Shown here piece after piece: positions 40,539 to 50,487 of a DNA stretch of 64,000 bases. The notes under the pieces are model-generated. The model did not search any database, had not been told where the DNA came from, and was given only the letters and a program-made list of their open reading frames with translations. Origin of the DNA: Desulfosudaceae bacterium (lineage in GTDB: Bacteria > Desulfobacterota > Desulfobacteria > Desulfobacterales > Desulfosudaceae); contig CAXXDV010000001.1 of assembly GCA_963674745.2 (NCBI GenBank), positions 96,001-160,000 on the forward strand, read 5' to 3'. How positions within the stretch are numbered: position 1 is the stretch's first letter; the number at the start of each line of letters is the position of its first letter. Position numbers and translations under genes: made by a program.

Positions 40539-40823
40539 GGGCAGGCACGGGGGCCTGTCCCTACAACATTCACGAACGCCCACCACGGACCCGTAGGGGC
40601 AACCCCCTGTGGTTGCCCTTCACCGGGCAGGCACGGGGGCCTGTCCCTACAACATTCACGAACGCCCACCACGGACCCGTAGGGGCAACCCCCTGTGGTT
40701 GCCCTTCACCGGGCAGGCACGGGGGCCTGCCCCTACAACATTCACGAACGCCCACCACGGACCCGTAGGGGCAACCCCCTGTGGTTGCCCTTCATCAGGG
40801 CAGGCACGGGGGCCTGCCCCTAC
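40539..40823. repeat. Tandem array of GTAG-type REP doublets, 86-bp period
   Basis: Units start at 40539, 40625, 40711 and 40798: GGGCAGGCACGGGGGCCTGYCCCTAC, an identical linker, then GTAGGGGCAACCCCCTGTGGTTGCCC. Confidence 0.92.
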
Positions 40824-40957
40824 AATGCCCGGGCCAGGAGCCCGAACCTCGGACCCCGAACCCTGAACCTCTTTCCCTTTCAGAGTTGATTCCGACCCGA
40901 AATAATTGGTATATATATTAAATGAATGTTAATAAATAACGATCTAACGGGGAAATC

Positions 40958-41686
40958 ATGAAACGGATCAAAGAAATCGCCTATGCCCTCTACCGCCCGA
41001 TCTTCTTTCTGATCGTTATTCTTGACACCACGGTACTGGGTATTCTAACCATCGTCTCCTCAAATTTTGACCCTACCGGCAATCATGTCCACTATATCGG
41101 CAAATTCTGGGCCAGGTTCAACATATTCATATCGGGCGTGCGTGTCCGCATGATCAACCCCCATGCCATTGACACCAAACAGCCTTATATTGTCATGAGC
41201 AACCATCAGAGCCACTACGATGTCTGGGCCCTGATCGGCTATATGCCGTTGCAGCTTCGCTGGGTTATCAAAATAGAATTGCGAAGAATCCCGATTTTCG
41301 GCCTGGGGTGTGAACGGATGGGGCAGATCTTCATTGACCGGGCAAACCCCGAACGGGCCTACAAAAGCCTGGAAGTTGCAGGCCGGAAAATCCGCAACGG
41401 TGCTTCGGTTGTTTTTTTTCCGGAAGGTACCCGCAGCCCGGACGGGAAACTACTGCCCTTTAAAAAAGGCGGCTTCAAAATCGCTTTTGCGGCCGGTGTT
41501 CCCATCCTGCCCGTTACGGTCCGGGGAAGCCGCGCCATTCTCCCCAAAGGAACCGCCCGGGTAAAACCGGGTACCATTGAACTGGTGATACACGACCCCG
41601 TTCCGCTGGATGGATATTCCGATGAAAACCGGGAAGAACTCATGGCCCGCATCAAGGCCACCATCGCCTCCGGGCAAAAGGGTTGA
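40958..41686 (+). CDS. plsC: 1-acyl-sn-glycerol-3-phosphate acyltransferase
   Basis: NHQSHYD, FIDR, FFPEGTRS and PFKKGGF. Confidence 0.9.
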   Translation: MKRIKEIAYALYRPIFFLIVILDTTVLGILTIVSSNFDPTGNHVHYIGKFWARFNIFISGVRVRMINPHAIDTKQPYIVMSNHQSHYDVWALIGYMPLQLRWVIKIELRRIPIFGLGCERMGQIFIDRANPERAYKSLEVAGRKIRNGASVVFFPEGTRSPDGKLLPFKKGGFKIAFAAGVPILPVTVRGSRAILPKGTARVKPGTIELVIHDPVPLDGYSDENREELMARIKATIASGQKG

Positions 41687-41696
41687 GGTTCAGGGT

Positions 41697-42689
41697 TCAA
41701 GATGGGCTCAAAAACCCGTTATCGCAATACCAGTCGTAAGCGTCATCCAGCATCTTTTGCAGCGGTGGCACCACATAATCCAGTTCCCGAACAGCTTTGG
41801 CAGAATCAAAAAAGGCGTTGACCGACATGTACCTGGCCATGCCCGGATCAATCTCCGGCGGCCTGTTGGTTAAATACGAAACCGTCTGCATGAGGTAGCC
41901 GTAAGCAACCAGGGCCTTGCGGGGTATAGTCAGGCGGGGGGCTTTTTTCCCGAAGTATGCGGCAATGGCGCCAAAAAGCGCCCGGTATGTCAGGTTCAAG
42001 CCGGCGCACACGTACCCCTCACCGGCCCGCCCTTTTACTGCCGCTGCCATCTGGGCCCGGGCCACCTCGGTTACATGCCCGAAGCTGACGCCGCCGGCCG
42101 GACAGCCCGGCACTTTACCGTCCCTGAGGTCAAAGAAAAGCCTTCCGTACTGGAGGGTAAAATCATACGGGCCGATCATGCTTCCGGGATAGATAATGAC
42201 GGCTTCCAGCCCCCGATCCATGTACTCGCGAAGCCGTAACTCACCTTCCCGCTTGGTGTCGGCATAATTATATCCGGTGCCGCCGTAGTTATAAGGCCGC
42301 CAGGTTTCATCCGCCAGGCCATCGGGGTTATATCCCAGAATGTCAATGGTGCTGGTATGAACCAGCCGTTTGACGTCATGTCGTAAACAGGCCTCGGCCA
42401 CGTTTACCGTTCCGTCCACGTTAACGGCACGCTGTCCGGCAAATCGTTTTTTCCACCAGGACGTATCTCCGGCCACATGGAACACCACCTCACAACCCTC
42501 AACAGCGGCACTGATGTCATCGGCAACGGTGATATCACCGGATACGATATCAATGGATAAATCTTTGATATAGTCAATGTTGGAGCCCGGCAGGCCGAAG
42601 GCCCGGACATGCCAGCCGGCCCCGGCCAGTTCATGGACCAGGTTGGCGCCGAGAAACCCTGTCGCGCCGGTGACCAGGCAGTTTTTCAT
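41697..42689 (-). CDS. NAD-dependent epimerase/dehydratase (extended SDR, dihydroflavonol reductase/HpnA-like)
   Basis: LVTGATGFLG, VFHVA, VNVDGT, HTST and YADTK. Confidence 0.9.
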   Translation of the reverse strand: MKNCLVTGATGFLGANLVHELAGAGWHVRAFGLPGSNIDYIKDLSIDIVSGDITVADDISAAVEGCEVVFHVAGDTSWWKKRFAGQRAVNVDGTVNVAEACLRHDVKRLVHTSTIDILGYNPDGLADETWRPYNYGGTGYNYADTKREGELRLREYMDRGLEAVIIYPGSMIGPYDFTLQYGRLFFDLRDGKVPGCPAGGVSFGHVTEVARAQMAAAVKGRAGEGYVCAGLNLTYRALFGAIAAYFGKKAPRLTIPRKALVAYGYLMQTVSYLTNRPPEIDPGMARYMSVNAFFDSAKAVRELDYVVPPLQKMLDDAYDWYCDNGFLSPS

Positions 42690-43390
42690 GGGGCCACCCC
42701 GTTATCCGCCAGGCCGGCAATGGCAGCTGCCAGGGCCAGATCATCCGGGGTCGTAATCTTGATGTTTCCGGGTGAACCGGGAATGACCCGCACGACCCGG
42801 CCCAATCGTTCCAGCAGAGCGGCATCATCCGTCACTTCCCAGCCCTGTTCGATCGCTGTTTGATGGGCTTTGAGCAGCATGTCACAGCGGAAAGCCTGGG
42901 GCGTCTGGGCCAGCCAGGCAAAAGCGCGGTCAATCGTACCGGTAATCCGTGCCTGCGGGTCAACCGTTTTGAGGGTGTCGTTGACCGGCACAGCCGCGAT
43001 ACAACCGTCCGCATCTTCGACACCGCTGAGACAGTCCCGAATCATTCCGGGGGTAACAAAAGGGCGGACCCCGTCATGAATGACAACGATTGAACCCTGA
43101 CACTGGTTTATCGCCCGCAGCCCGTTGAATACCGAATCCTGGCGCCTCTCTCCGCCGGCCGCCAGGCAGACGGCCTTTTCGCTTGCCACTTGCGGCAGAA
43201 TCGTTTTCCGGCAATAATCGAAATCGCTTTCCGGGATGACCAGGACAAGTTCATCAATTGCGTCGCAGGCGGCAAAAACATTCAGGGTGCGGCATAATAC
43301 CGGTTGACCGGCCAGGGGAAGATATTGTTTGGCCAGCTTGCCGGGCAGGCGTTCGCCTTTGCCGGCGGCCACGATCAAACCTGCTGCCAT
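42686..43390 (-). CDS. ispD: 2-C-methyl-D-erythritol 4-phosphate cytidylyltransferase
   Basis: AAGKGER, KQY, GGERRQDSV, IHDGVRP, AQTPQAF, TDDA and NIKITTPDD. Confidence 0.96.
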   Translation of the reverse strand: MAAGLIVAAGKGERLPGKLAKQYLPLAGQPVLCRTLNVFAACDAIDELVLVIPESDFDYCRKTILPQVASEKAVCLAAGGERRQDSVFNGLRAINQCQGSIVVIHDGVRPFVTPGMIRDCLSGVEDADGCIAAVPVNDTLKTVDPQARITGTIDRAFAWLAQTPQAFRCDMLLKAHQTAIEQGWEVTDDAALLERLGRVVRVIPGSPGNIKITTPDDLALAAAIAGLADNGVAP

Positions 43391-43411
43391 ATGATACCTC
43401 GTGTCAGTTGG

Positions 43412-44728
43412 CTATTTGAGGTAATCCAGCTCTTTGGGCAGGGGAATACCTTTACCCATGGTATCCTCTCCATAATTGACACCGGCCAGGACTTCAATAT
43501 CCTTGAGCGCGCGGGCATCACCTTCAAACACAACCGTTCTGGCTTTTTCCCGGCTGATCTTGCCGCCGGCCCATTGGATATCCAGAACACTGCTGGCGTC
43601 AAAAACATCGTCCCCCACATGGAGATTGACTTCCCCCCCGTAATACTGGACGATCTTGGCGACCAGCAGGCTGGGACGGCTGTGAAATCCCAGTTCAACC
43701 GGGATACCGACTTCAATCCGGTCACGTTCGATGTTTTCATTGAGGATGATCAGCGCCAGACGCTTACCGTCGGAGAGAAACTGGAACGCATAATAAAGGC
43801 CGTAATTAACAATTATGTCCAGCAGCGCTGAAACGTCAATCAGGGAAAAAAGCATATTCTGAACGTTTTTATAAACACTTTTTTCACCTTCACGCGGCAC
43901 AAAAAAATGGCGCTCATAAAAATGAAGCAACTTACCGATCAGATCGAACAGATGATAAACCACCGAAAAATAGCTCCGCAGTTCCTTGAGCCGCCGGTCA
44001 CCATATCTCAAGCCGCCGTAAATAATATACGTATCAAAAGAAGACTGCAGATTATGAACCAGCATTTCAAAACGCCGGGTGACCACCTCGTTGATCTTCT
44101 CCGGCACCATGGCCTGCATCTCGTCAAGATCGCACTTTTCATAAATGCCGTACTCTTCAAACCCCTTGGCAATATTCAAAAAGTCGCTGGTCACCTTGAC
44201 GATATTTTTCTGTTGCTGCTGGCGCCGGGGGCGTTCATCATCGACATCAAACTCCAGCATCTCGGTTGTTACCGCACTGGGAAAATCCTCGGATGAAAAA
44301 AAGGCTTTCGGCATGGAGATGCCCAGTCGCTCCGCTTCGGACAGGATGGCCGGAGCCAGCGATATCAATGTCCGGCTCAGAAAATGACGGGTCTCCTCAC
44401 CCTCTTTTTCAAAAGTCACTTTTTTCGAAAGCTCATAGAACACCAGGCGATTGGAAATATGCTCCTGGATATAACCGGCCATACTCAAATGCCTGACAGC
44501 GGCCGACAACTCCCGGAACAGATACCAGTTTTTATTGTTCTTAGCGCCGTGGAAATCAAGAAAATCCTCAACCAGATGGGACGAGGCAACCAGCTTGGAA
44601 TACAATTTCTTGGTAAACAACAGCTCCGGTGAGTCGCAAGCCGCGAGAAACCGGCAACACTGTAAATAATCATCCGAATATAGTCTCAACTTTTCAAAAA
44701 AGCTGATATCGCAATACTGAGCCGTCAC
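43412..44728 (-). CDS. Protein with an unknown ~340-aa N-terminal domain and a C-terminal HPr (phosphocarrier) domain
   Basis: C-terminal LGFHSRPS and FDASSVLDI match the HPr His15 and Ser46 regions; GTG start. Confidence 0.8.
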   Translation of the reverse strand: MTAQYCDISFFEKLRLYSDDYLQCCRFLAACDSPELLFTKKLYSKLVASSHLVEDFLDFHGAKNNKNWYLFRELSAAVRHLSMAGYIQEHISNRLVFYELSKKVTFEKEGEETRHFLSRTLISLAPAILSEAERLGISMPKAFFSSEDFPSAVTTEMLEFDVDDERPRRQQQQKNIVKVTSDFLNIAKGFEEYGIYEKCDLDEMQAMVPEKINEVVTRRFEMLVHNLQSSFDTYIIYGGLRYGDRRLKELRSYFSVVYHLFDLIGKLLHFYERHFFVPREGEKSVYKNVQNMLFSLIDVSALLDIIVNYGLYYAFQFLSDGKRLALIILNENIERDRIEVGIPVELGFHSRPSLLVAKIVQYYGGEVNLHVGDDVFDASSVLDIQWAGGKISREKARTVVFEGDARALKDIEVLAGVNYGEDTMGKGIPLPKELDYLK

Positions 44729-44745
44729 CGGAAATCCCTATTTCT

Positions 44746-45023
44746 GGAAGGCTAAAGCCTTCGTTATTTGATGGAAGGCTGAAGCCTTCCGCTGCAGATA
44801 TCACAACCTGTGGCTTGCCCGGGTCTGCCCCCCGCAAAGCGGGCCGCCCCATTCCTCAAACCCCGGCCACCTAACCACTTAACCACTTAATCACATAACC
44901 ACTTAATCACTTAAACACCTGAACGCTGAATGGACGTGATTCACAATCGGGCACGGCACGCCGCATCGGGCACGGCACGCCGTGCCCCTACAGTCATCCC
45001 AAGCCCCGAACCTAAAACCTTAA
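44746..45023. repeat. Composite repeat island downstream of rnpB
   Basis: Two GGAAGGCTRAAGCCTTC palindromes, CCCGCAAAGCGGG, C/A octamer arms and GGGCACGGCACGCCGTGCCCCTAC. Confidence 0.8.
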
Positions 45024-45032
45024 AATAAAAAA

Positions 45033-45432
45033 CGGTCGGAGTGACCCGTAAGCCGAATTCTGTTCTCCGTTCGGGTTGCCCCGGACAGAGCGGCGATCAT
45101 TCATCTGGGGCCGCCGGTCACCCGGCGCCTCATGCGACCTACCCGGAAGCTCGGGCGGGGCCACCCTCAAACGCCTCCCTATTTGGCCTTGCACCGGATG
45201 GGGTTTACCAAGCATTCCCGGTCACCCGGGAATCTGGTGCGCTCTTACCGCACCTTTTCACCCTTACCCGGAACCTGCAGCCCTAAAGGCCGCCGGGACC
45301 GGGCGGTATATTTTCTGTGGCACTTTCCTTCACGTCACCGTGACTTCACGTTATGAAGCATCCCGCCCTGTGGTGTTCGGACTTTCCTCCACAGCCAATA
45401 TGCTGCAGCGATCGCCTGGATCGCTCCGACCG
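45033..45432 (-). ncRNA. rnpB: RNase P RNA (type A)
   Basis: Minus strand has GAGGAAAGTCCGAAC, GAAAGTGCCACAGAAA, GGTAAACCCC..GTGCAAG and CAGAATTCGGCTTA. The ends CGGTCGGAG/CTCCGACCG pair as P1. Confidence 0.97.
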
Positions 45433-46167
45433 TTATTGTTCCTTATGATTACCGTTTACAAAAACAATCCTGTTACAAAACGGACAAAATCTCAATATAT
45501 TTGTCGTATGCAGTTCATTATACATCTGGGCGGGAATATTCATAAAACATCCCTGGCAGACGTAATCCCTGACCTCGGCAACCGCCTTGCCGCCGGCGAT
45601 GTTGCCCCGCACCTCCATAAACTGATCCAGCACCGCTTTTGGGGCCTCTTCGGCAATCTTGCGCCATTCGTCGTCCAGTGCCGTCAGCCGTTCTTCCTCC
45701 TGTTGGCGCTGTTCTTCCAGGTCCTGTTTTTCCTCCTCAAGCCTGGATTTTTCTTCTTCCCACTCACGCCTGTCATCGGCCAGGTGTTTTTCCGCCTCGT
45801 CCAGATCATCCAGGAGCTTGATCATATTATCTTCCAGCTTGCCGATCTGACGTTTTAAGTCCTCTATCTCCGTTAAAACCGCCTGGTATTCTTTGTTGCT
45901 TTTAATCGACATCAGCTTCAGGTCGCTCTTTTTGATACTCTCCTGCCGCTGCTTGATTTCAGCTTCACAATCCCGGTATTGCTTCTTCTGATTTTCCGAC
46001 AAAGTCTCCCGGTCGCGCATTTTCTGCTCTTCTTCAGCCAGCTGCTTGTCAAGCACTGCCATCTGTTCCGGTATCTTATTCAATGAAGATTTGATTTTAT
46101 TCCTGGCATCTTCATTGGCCTGCAAACGAATCAACACGTCCATTTCATCTTTGGTTACTTCCAGCAT
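45433..46167 (-). CDS. Coiled-coil protein with a C4 zinc ribbon (DUF164/CT398-like)
   Basis: Long coiled coil, SNKEYQA and CQGC...CPFCNRI. Confidence 0.9.
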   Translation of the reverse strand: MLEVTKDEMDVLIRLQANEDARNKIKSSLNKIPEQMAVLDKQLAEEEQKMRDRETLSENQKKQYRDCEAEIKQRQESIKKSDLKLMSIKSNKEYQAVLTEIEDLKRQIGKLEDNMIKLLDDLDEAEKHLADDRREWEEEKSRLEEEKQDLEEQRQQEEERLTALDDEWRKIAEEAPKAVLDQFMEVRGNIAGGKAVAEVRDYVCQGCFMNIPAQMYNELHTTNILRFCPFCNRIVFVNGNHKEQ

Positions 46168-46192
46168 AAATCAATCTCCAAATTTTTTTATT

Positions 46193-47314
46193 TTATACCA
46201 GTCTAAAAGGGTTTTCTTCTCCCTGGCATCCTTTAATATCCGCCGCCAGGCCCGCTTCGGCGGCAAGGGCCCGAAGCCGTTCCACCAGCAGGTCCACCAC
46301 CAGATGTTCAGTTTCAAAATGCCCGGCGTCAATCAATCCCCGGCCCGATTCCACAGCGGCCAGGCCGTTGTGATGTTTCAACTCACCGCTTACAAAAACA
46401 TCGGCCGAAGACGCAAAAAAGCGATCCATCAGGCCGGCACCGCTGCCGGAGCATACGGCCACACTGGAAACAGACAGTTCGGGATCACCGGCAACCTTGA
46501 CATGATCGATTCCGAACCGCTGTTTGACCAGCCCGGCCAGATCGGCCAGGCGCATGGGTTTTTCCAGTCCGCCGACCCGCCCCAGTCCCTGCGCGGTTCC
46601 GACCGATCCGGCCAGAGGGAAAACATCATAGGCCATTGTTTCATATGGATGAACGGATTTTATCCGTTCAATCACACCACGCAAATCACAAGCAGCCACG
46701 ATCGTTTCGATCCGTACTTCATCGGCTTCGGCGATTTCTCCGGCTTTACCGATAAACGGTGAGGCCTCGGCCGAGGGTTTAAAACGGCCTTTTCCGTTAA
46801 CCGCAAAAGAGCAGCTTGAATACGCTCCGTAGTTCCCGGCCGGGCTGTCCTCCAGCACCCGTAAAACGTCCCCCTCGTGTGTCAGGGGGACAAACACCGC
46901 CAGTTTGCGGTACTCCGGCATGCGGGGTGAGTCCAGCACCCGGATGTCTTTCAGCCCCAGCTTATCGGCACAGACATCATTCAACCCGCCGGCGGCACTG
47001 TCCAGGTTTGTATGGGCGCTGAATATGGACAACCGGTTTTCAACCGCCATTTTCAGGGCATTCCCGGGCATGCGCTCAAAATCAACGGTTTTTAACCCGG
47101 AAAACAGCAGTGGATGATGCGTGATCAGCAGATCCGCCCCATCTTCACAGACGTCGGCGATCACCCGGTATGAAGGGTCCAGCGCAACCCGGATACGATC
47201 GGCCGGCCAACGCGGGCTGCCCGCCTGAAGACCGCAATTGTCCCAGGGTTCCGCCAGATCAGGCGGGGCCAGCCGATTCATAAGCCCGGCAATATCAGCC
47301 ACGGTCACCGTCAT
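46193..47314 (-). CDS. Nif3-like dinuclear metal center hexameric protein
   Basis: WDNCGL, ITHHPL, HTNLD, HPYE, CSGSG and DAGHFETE. Confidence 0.93.
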   Translation of the reverse strand: MTVTVADIAGLMNRLAPPDLAEPWDNCGLQAGSPRWPADRIRVALDPSYRVIADVCEDGADLLITHHPLLFSGLKTVDFERMPGNALKMAVENRLSIFSAHTNLDSAAGGLNDVCADKLGLKDIRVLDSPRMPEYRKLAVFVPLTHEGDVLRVLEDSPAGNYGAYSSCSFAVNGKGRFKPSAEASPFIGKAGEIAEADEVRIETIVAACDLRGVIERIKSVHPYETMAYDVFPLAGSVGTAQGLGRVGGLEKPMRLADLAGLVKQRFGIDHVKVAGDPELSVSSVAVCSGSGAGLMDRFFASSADVFVSGELKHHNGLAAVESGRGLIDAGHFETEHLVVDLLVERLRALAAEAGLAADIKGCQGEENPFRLV

Positions 47315-47417
47315 ATCGCTCTCCCTTGCACCAAAATTTTCACGAGTCGGCCTGAGCGCCGACCCCTGATTCCTTCTTCAAGGCACAACACACCAACTCA
47401 CGTAGGGGCCACGGCCT

Positions 47418-47751
47418 GTAGGGGCAACCCCCTGTGGTTGCCCTTACCGGGCAGGCACGGGGGCCTGCCCCTACAATATTCATAAACAACCGCCACGGCC
47501 TGTAGGGGCAACCCCCTGTGGTTGCCCTTCACCGGGCAGGCACGGGGGCCTGCCCCTACATTATTCATGAACGCCCACCACGGAATCATGAACATTCTCC
47601 GCGGCCTGTAGGGGCAACCCCCTGTGGTTGCCCTTCACCGGGCAGGCACGGGGGCCTGCCCCTACAATATTCATAAACAACCGCCACGGCCTGTAGGGGC
47701 AACCCCCTGTGGTTGCCCTTTTACCGGGCAGGCACGGGGGCCTGCCCCTAC
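47418..47751. repeat. Array of four REP doublets
   Basis: GTAGGGGCAACCCCCTGTGGTTGCCC...GGGCAGGCACGGGGGCCTGCCCCTAC at 47418, 47502, 47608 and 47693, with linkers in A-B-A order. Confidence 0.92.
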
Positions 47752-47846
47752 AACGTTAGCGAGCGGCCTGCATCACAGCAGAAATACCCGAATTGACCCG
47801 CCTGAGGGGTGAATTCTTTAACATAAAAATTCATGGGAAAAAATAA

Positions 47847-47879
47847 AAAGGGCATGGTGTCAAAGACACCACGCCCTTT
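47847..47879 (-). terminator. Probable intrinsic terminator downstream of the tRNA
   Basis: Minus strand AAAGGGCGTGGTGTC-TTT-GACACCATGCCCTTT followed by a T-rich tract. Confidence 0.6.
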
Positions 47880-48008
47880 AAAATCAGCCTTCCATCCGAA
47901 TGGCCGGATGGGTTTATTGCTCCTTTGCCTCATCGCTTCTCAAATCGGTTATTACCGTCATATGCCGTTCTCTATGTTCCGGCCCGAACATTTTTCGGGC
48001 TTAAAAAG

Positions 48009-48082
48009 TGGGCCCACCTGGGATCGAACCAGGGACCTACCGGTTATGAGCCGGTGGCTCTGCCTAGCTGAGCTATGGGCCC
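48009..48082 (-). tRNA. tRNA with CAT anticodon, most likely tRNA-Ile2 (lysidine type); CCA not encoded
   Basis: GGGCCCATAGCTCAG...CCGG-CTCATAA-CCGG...GGTTCGATCC...TGGGCCCA. The sequence and position after rpoD resemble ileX-type genes. Confidence 0.92.
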
Positions 48083-48106
48083 TTAACGTATTGCCAGTTG
48101 TAAAGG

Positions 48107-48135
48107 ATTCTGGTTTATTACGTCCTGTTTGTCAA
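48107..48135 (-). promoter_or_regulatory. Putative sigma70 promoter of the tRNA
   Basis: TTGACA-N17-CAGAAT ending about 25 nt upstream of the tRNA. Confidence 0.55.
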
Positions 48136-48173
48136 TCTTATAGACCAGAATCCTGAAAAAATCTCTTTTTTAG

Positions 48174-48330
48174 GGGCAGGCACGGGGGCCTGCCCCTACA
48201 TTATTCATGAACGCCCACCACGGAATCATGAACATTCTCCGCGGCCTGTAGGGGCAACCCCCTGTGGTTGCCCTTCACCGGGCAGGCACGGGGGCCTGCC
48301 CCTACATTATTCATGAACGCCTGCCCCTAC
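48174..48330. repeat. REP array between rpoD and the tRNA
   Basis: 48174-48305 is identical to 47534-47665. Confidence 0.9.
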
Positions 48331-48340
48331 AGCATTCAGG

Positions 48341-50473
48341 TTAGCTTTCCTCCATAAAGTGTTTCAGCTTCTTGCTCCGGGTCGGATGCCGCAACTTCCG
48401 CAAGGCCTTGGCCTCTATCTGCCGGATGCGTTCCCGGGTAACCGCGAAGTCCCGGCCGACCTCCTCCAGGGTATGGTCCGCTTTTTCACCGATACCGAAA
48501 CGCATGCGAAGCACTTTCTCTTCACGCGGTGTCAACGTGGCCAGCACTTTTCTGGTCTGTTGCGACAAGTTCAGATTCACCGCGGCATCCGAAGGGATCA
48601 TAAACTTTTTATCCTCGATAAAATCACCCAGATGACTGTCTTCTTCCTCACCAATAGGCGTTTCCAGGGAAATCGGTTCCCTGGCGATCTTGAGCACCCG
48701 CCGGACTTTGTCCAGAGACACTTCCATTTTTTCCGCGATTTCTTCGGGTGAGGGTTCGTATCCCCGTTCCTGAACAAGGTAACGGGAGGTCCGGATAAGC
48801 TTGTTGATGGTTTCAATCATGTGAACCGGGATCCTGATGGTCCGGGCCTGGTCCGCGATGGCCCGGGTGATGGCCTGCCGGATCCACCAGGTGGCGTACG
48901 TGCTGAACTTGTATCCCCGCCTATACTCGAACTTATCCACGGCTTTCATCAGGCCGATATTGCCCTCCTGGATCAGATCCAGGAACTGAAGTCCACGATT
49001 GGTGTATTTCTTGGCAATACTGACTACCAGGCGCAGGTTTGCCTGCACCAGTTCGCCCTTGGCGTCTCTGGCCCGGGCATAGCCATCTGCCACTTTTGAC
49101 ATCACCCGTTTTAAGGCACGGCTGTCGGCCATCAATGATGTTTCACGAAGAGAAATCTGTTCGTCAAGCTCTTTAAGCCTGTTGAACACTTCCCCCAGTT
49201 CTTTTTTGGTCGACTTGGAACGCCCGTCGGCCCAGGACATGAATCCGGTTCTGGTTTTCAGATTGGCCCGCAAGGTAGTGGCGGAGATATTGATGCCGAC
49301 GGTACCGGCGCACGCTTCCATGAGATTGAACTGCTGGTCGAACCAGTATAGCTGCTCGCGAATGCGGCCTTCGATATTCACCATCACCTCATTTTCAATC
49401 CGCCAGTTCATCAGGTGTTCAAATATTTTATTGTTGCGGCGTGTCAGGGCATCCCTGGTGCGTTTTCGTTCCGCTTCGGATACCTGAGAAGACATGAGCT
49501 GCTCGCGTTGACTGATGTTCTCCGCATCCAACTGTTTGATAACGCGGATCGTCTCCAGGAATCCCTCCACCCGTTTTTCCTCGTCTTCGCTGACATCTCC
49601 TTCATCCACGTCTTTTAAAACAAACTTCGGCCGCAAGTTGCCGGACTCAATATTATCGCCCAGGGCAATGATACTCTCGACCCCGATGGCCGTCTCCAGC
49701 ATACTTTTCAATGCCTCCTGCTCGCCGGCTTCAATTTTTTTGGCAATTACGACCTCGCCTTCCCGGCTTAACAGGGTCACCAGTCCCATTTCACGGAGAT
49801 ACATCTTGACCGTATCGCCGACACCGCCAAAAGCAGAAGCGGGTTTTTTTTCAGGGCTTTTTTTGGCGGCAGCCTTTTTCTTTTTTTTCTGGTCCGCTTC
49901 TTTAACGACAAGAACCTTTGCCTTCTCCAGACAGACCATGGCCTCGTCCATCTGCTCAGCGGCAATATTCAACTCTGTCATCGATTGTTCAAGCTCCTCA
50001 TAAGTTAGTGTTCCCTGCTTTTTGCCCTTGGCAATCACGTCTTTTAATATTTTCTTGAGCGGCGACTTCTTTTTGGGCGCGGTTTTCTTGCGGGAAGCTT
50101 TCCCGGCCGCCGTTTTAGTCTTAACAACTTTGTTCACAACTTTTCCTTTCCTGGCAGCCGTTTTTTGAGGTGCCGTTTTCTTGGCAACCTTTTTCTTGAC
50201 CGCCGTTTTTTGAGGTGCCGTTTTCTTGGCAACCTTTTTCTTGGCCGCCGTTTTTTGAGGTGCCGTTTTCCTGGCAGCCGTCTTTTTCGTTACGGTCTTG
50301 CCCTTGGGAGCGGCTTTCCCGGTGGCCTTGCTGCCGGCATTGGTTGCTTTTCCGGCGGCTTTGGCCGGCGCGGTTTTCCGCCTGGTTGCGGTTTTTTCGG
50401 CAGTTGCAGCTTTCGCGGCAACTTTCTTCTTTTTTGCAGATGAATTCTTTTTACCAGAAGATGTACGCGCCAT
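48341..50473 (-). CDS. rpoD: Primary sigma factor sigma70 with a Lys/Ala-rich N-terminal extension
   Basis: [71 protein letters not shown] and [10 protein letters not shown]; downstream of dnaG. Confidence 0.98.
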   Translation of the reverse strand: MARTSSGKKNSSAKKKKVAAKAATAEKTATRRKTAPAKAAGKATNAGSKATGKAAPKGKTVTKKTAARKTAPQKTAAKKKVAKKTAPQKTAVKKKVAKKTAPQKTAARKGKVVNKVVKTKTAAGKASRKKTAPKKKSPLKKILKDVIAKGKKQGTLTYEELEQSMTELNIAAEQMDEAMVCLEKAKVLVVKEADQKKKKKAAAKKSPEKKPASAFGGVGDTVKMYLREMGLVTLLSREGEVVIAKKIEAGEQEALKSMLETAIGVESIIALGDNIESGNLRPKFVLKDVDEGDVSEDEEKRVEGFLETIRVIKQLDAENISQREQLMSSQVSEAERKRTRDALTRRNNKIFEHLMNWRIENEVMVNIEGRIREQLYWFDQQFNLMEACAGTVGINISATTLRANLKTRTGFMSWADGRSKSTKKELGEVFNRLKELDEQISLRETSLMADSRALKRVMSKVADGYARARDAKGELVQANLRLVVSIAKKYTNRGLQFLDLIQEGNIGLMKAVDKFEYRRGYKFSTYATWWIRQAITRAIADQARTIRIPVHMIETINKLIRTSRYLVQERGYEPSPEEIAEKMEVSLDKVRRVLKIAREPISLETPIGEEEDSHLGDFIEDKKFMIPSDAAVNLNLSQQTRKVLATLTPREEKVLRMRFGIGEKADHTLEEVGRDFAVTRERIRQIEAKALRKLRHPTRSKKLKHFMEES

Positions 50474-50487
50474 TGAGCTTCCCCCCT

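Noticed and set aside
40539..40823. CRISPR array (also 47418-47751, 55481-55943, 58240-58383)
   Set aside because: The linkers are identical or recurring rather than unique spacers, the repeats are inverted REP pairs, and no cas genes are present.
40490..40889. Short ORFs over REP arrays (also 38913-39171, 47398-47812, 55402-55933, 58064-58573)
   Set aside because: They are translations of palindromic repeats and give near-identical peptides at each array.
45012..45858. ORFs 45012-45215, 45041-45286, 45076-45858 and 45132-45356
   Set aside because: They overlap the RNase P RNA gene and the zinc-ribbon CDS; shadow frames.
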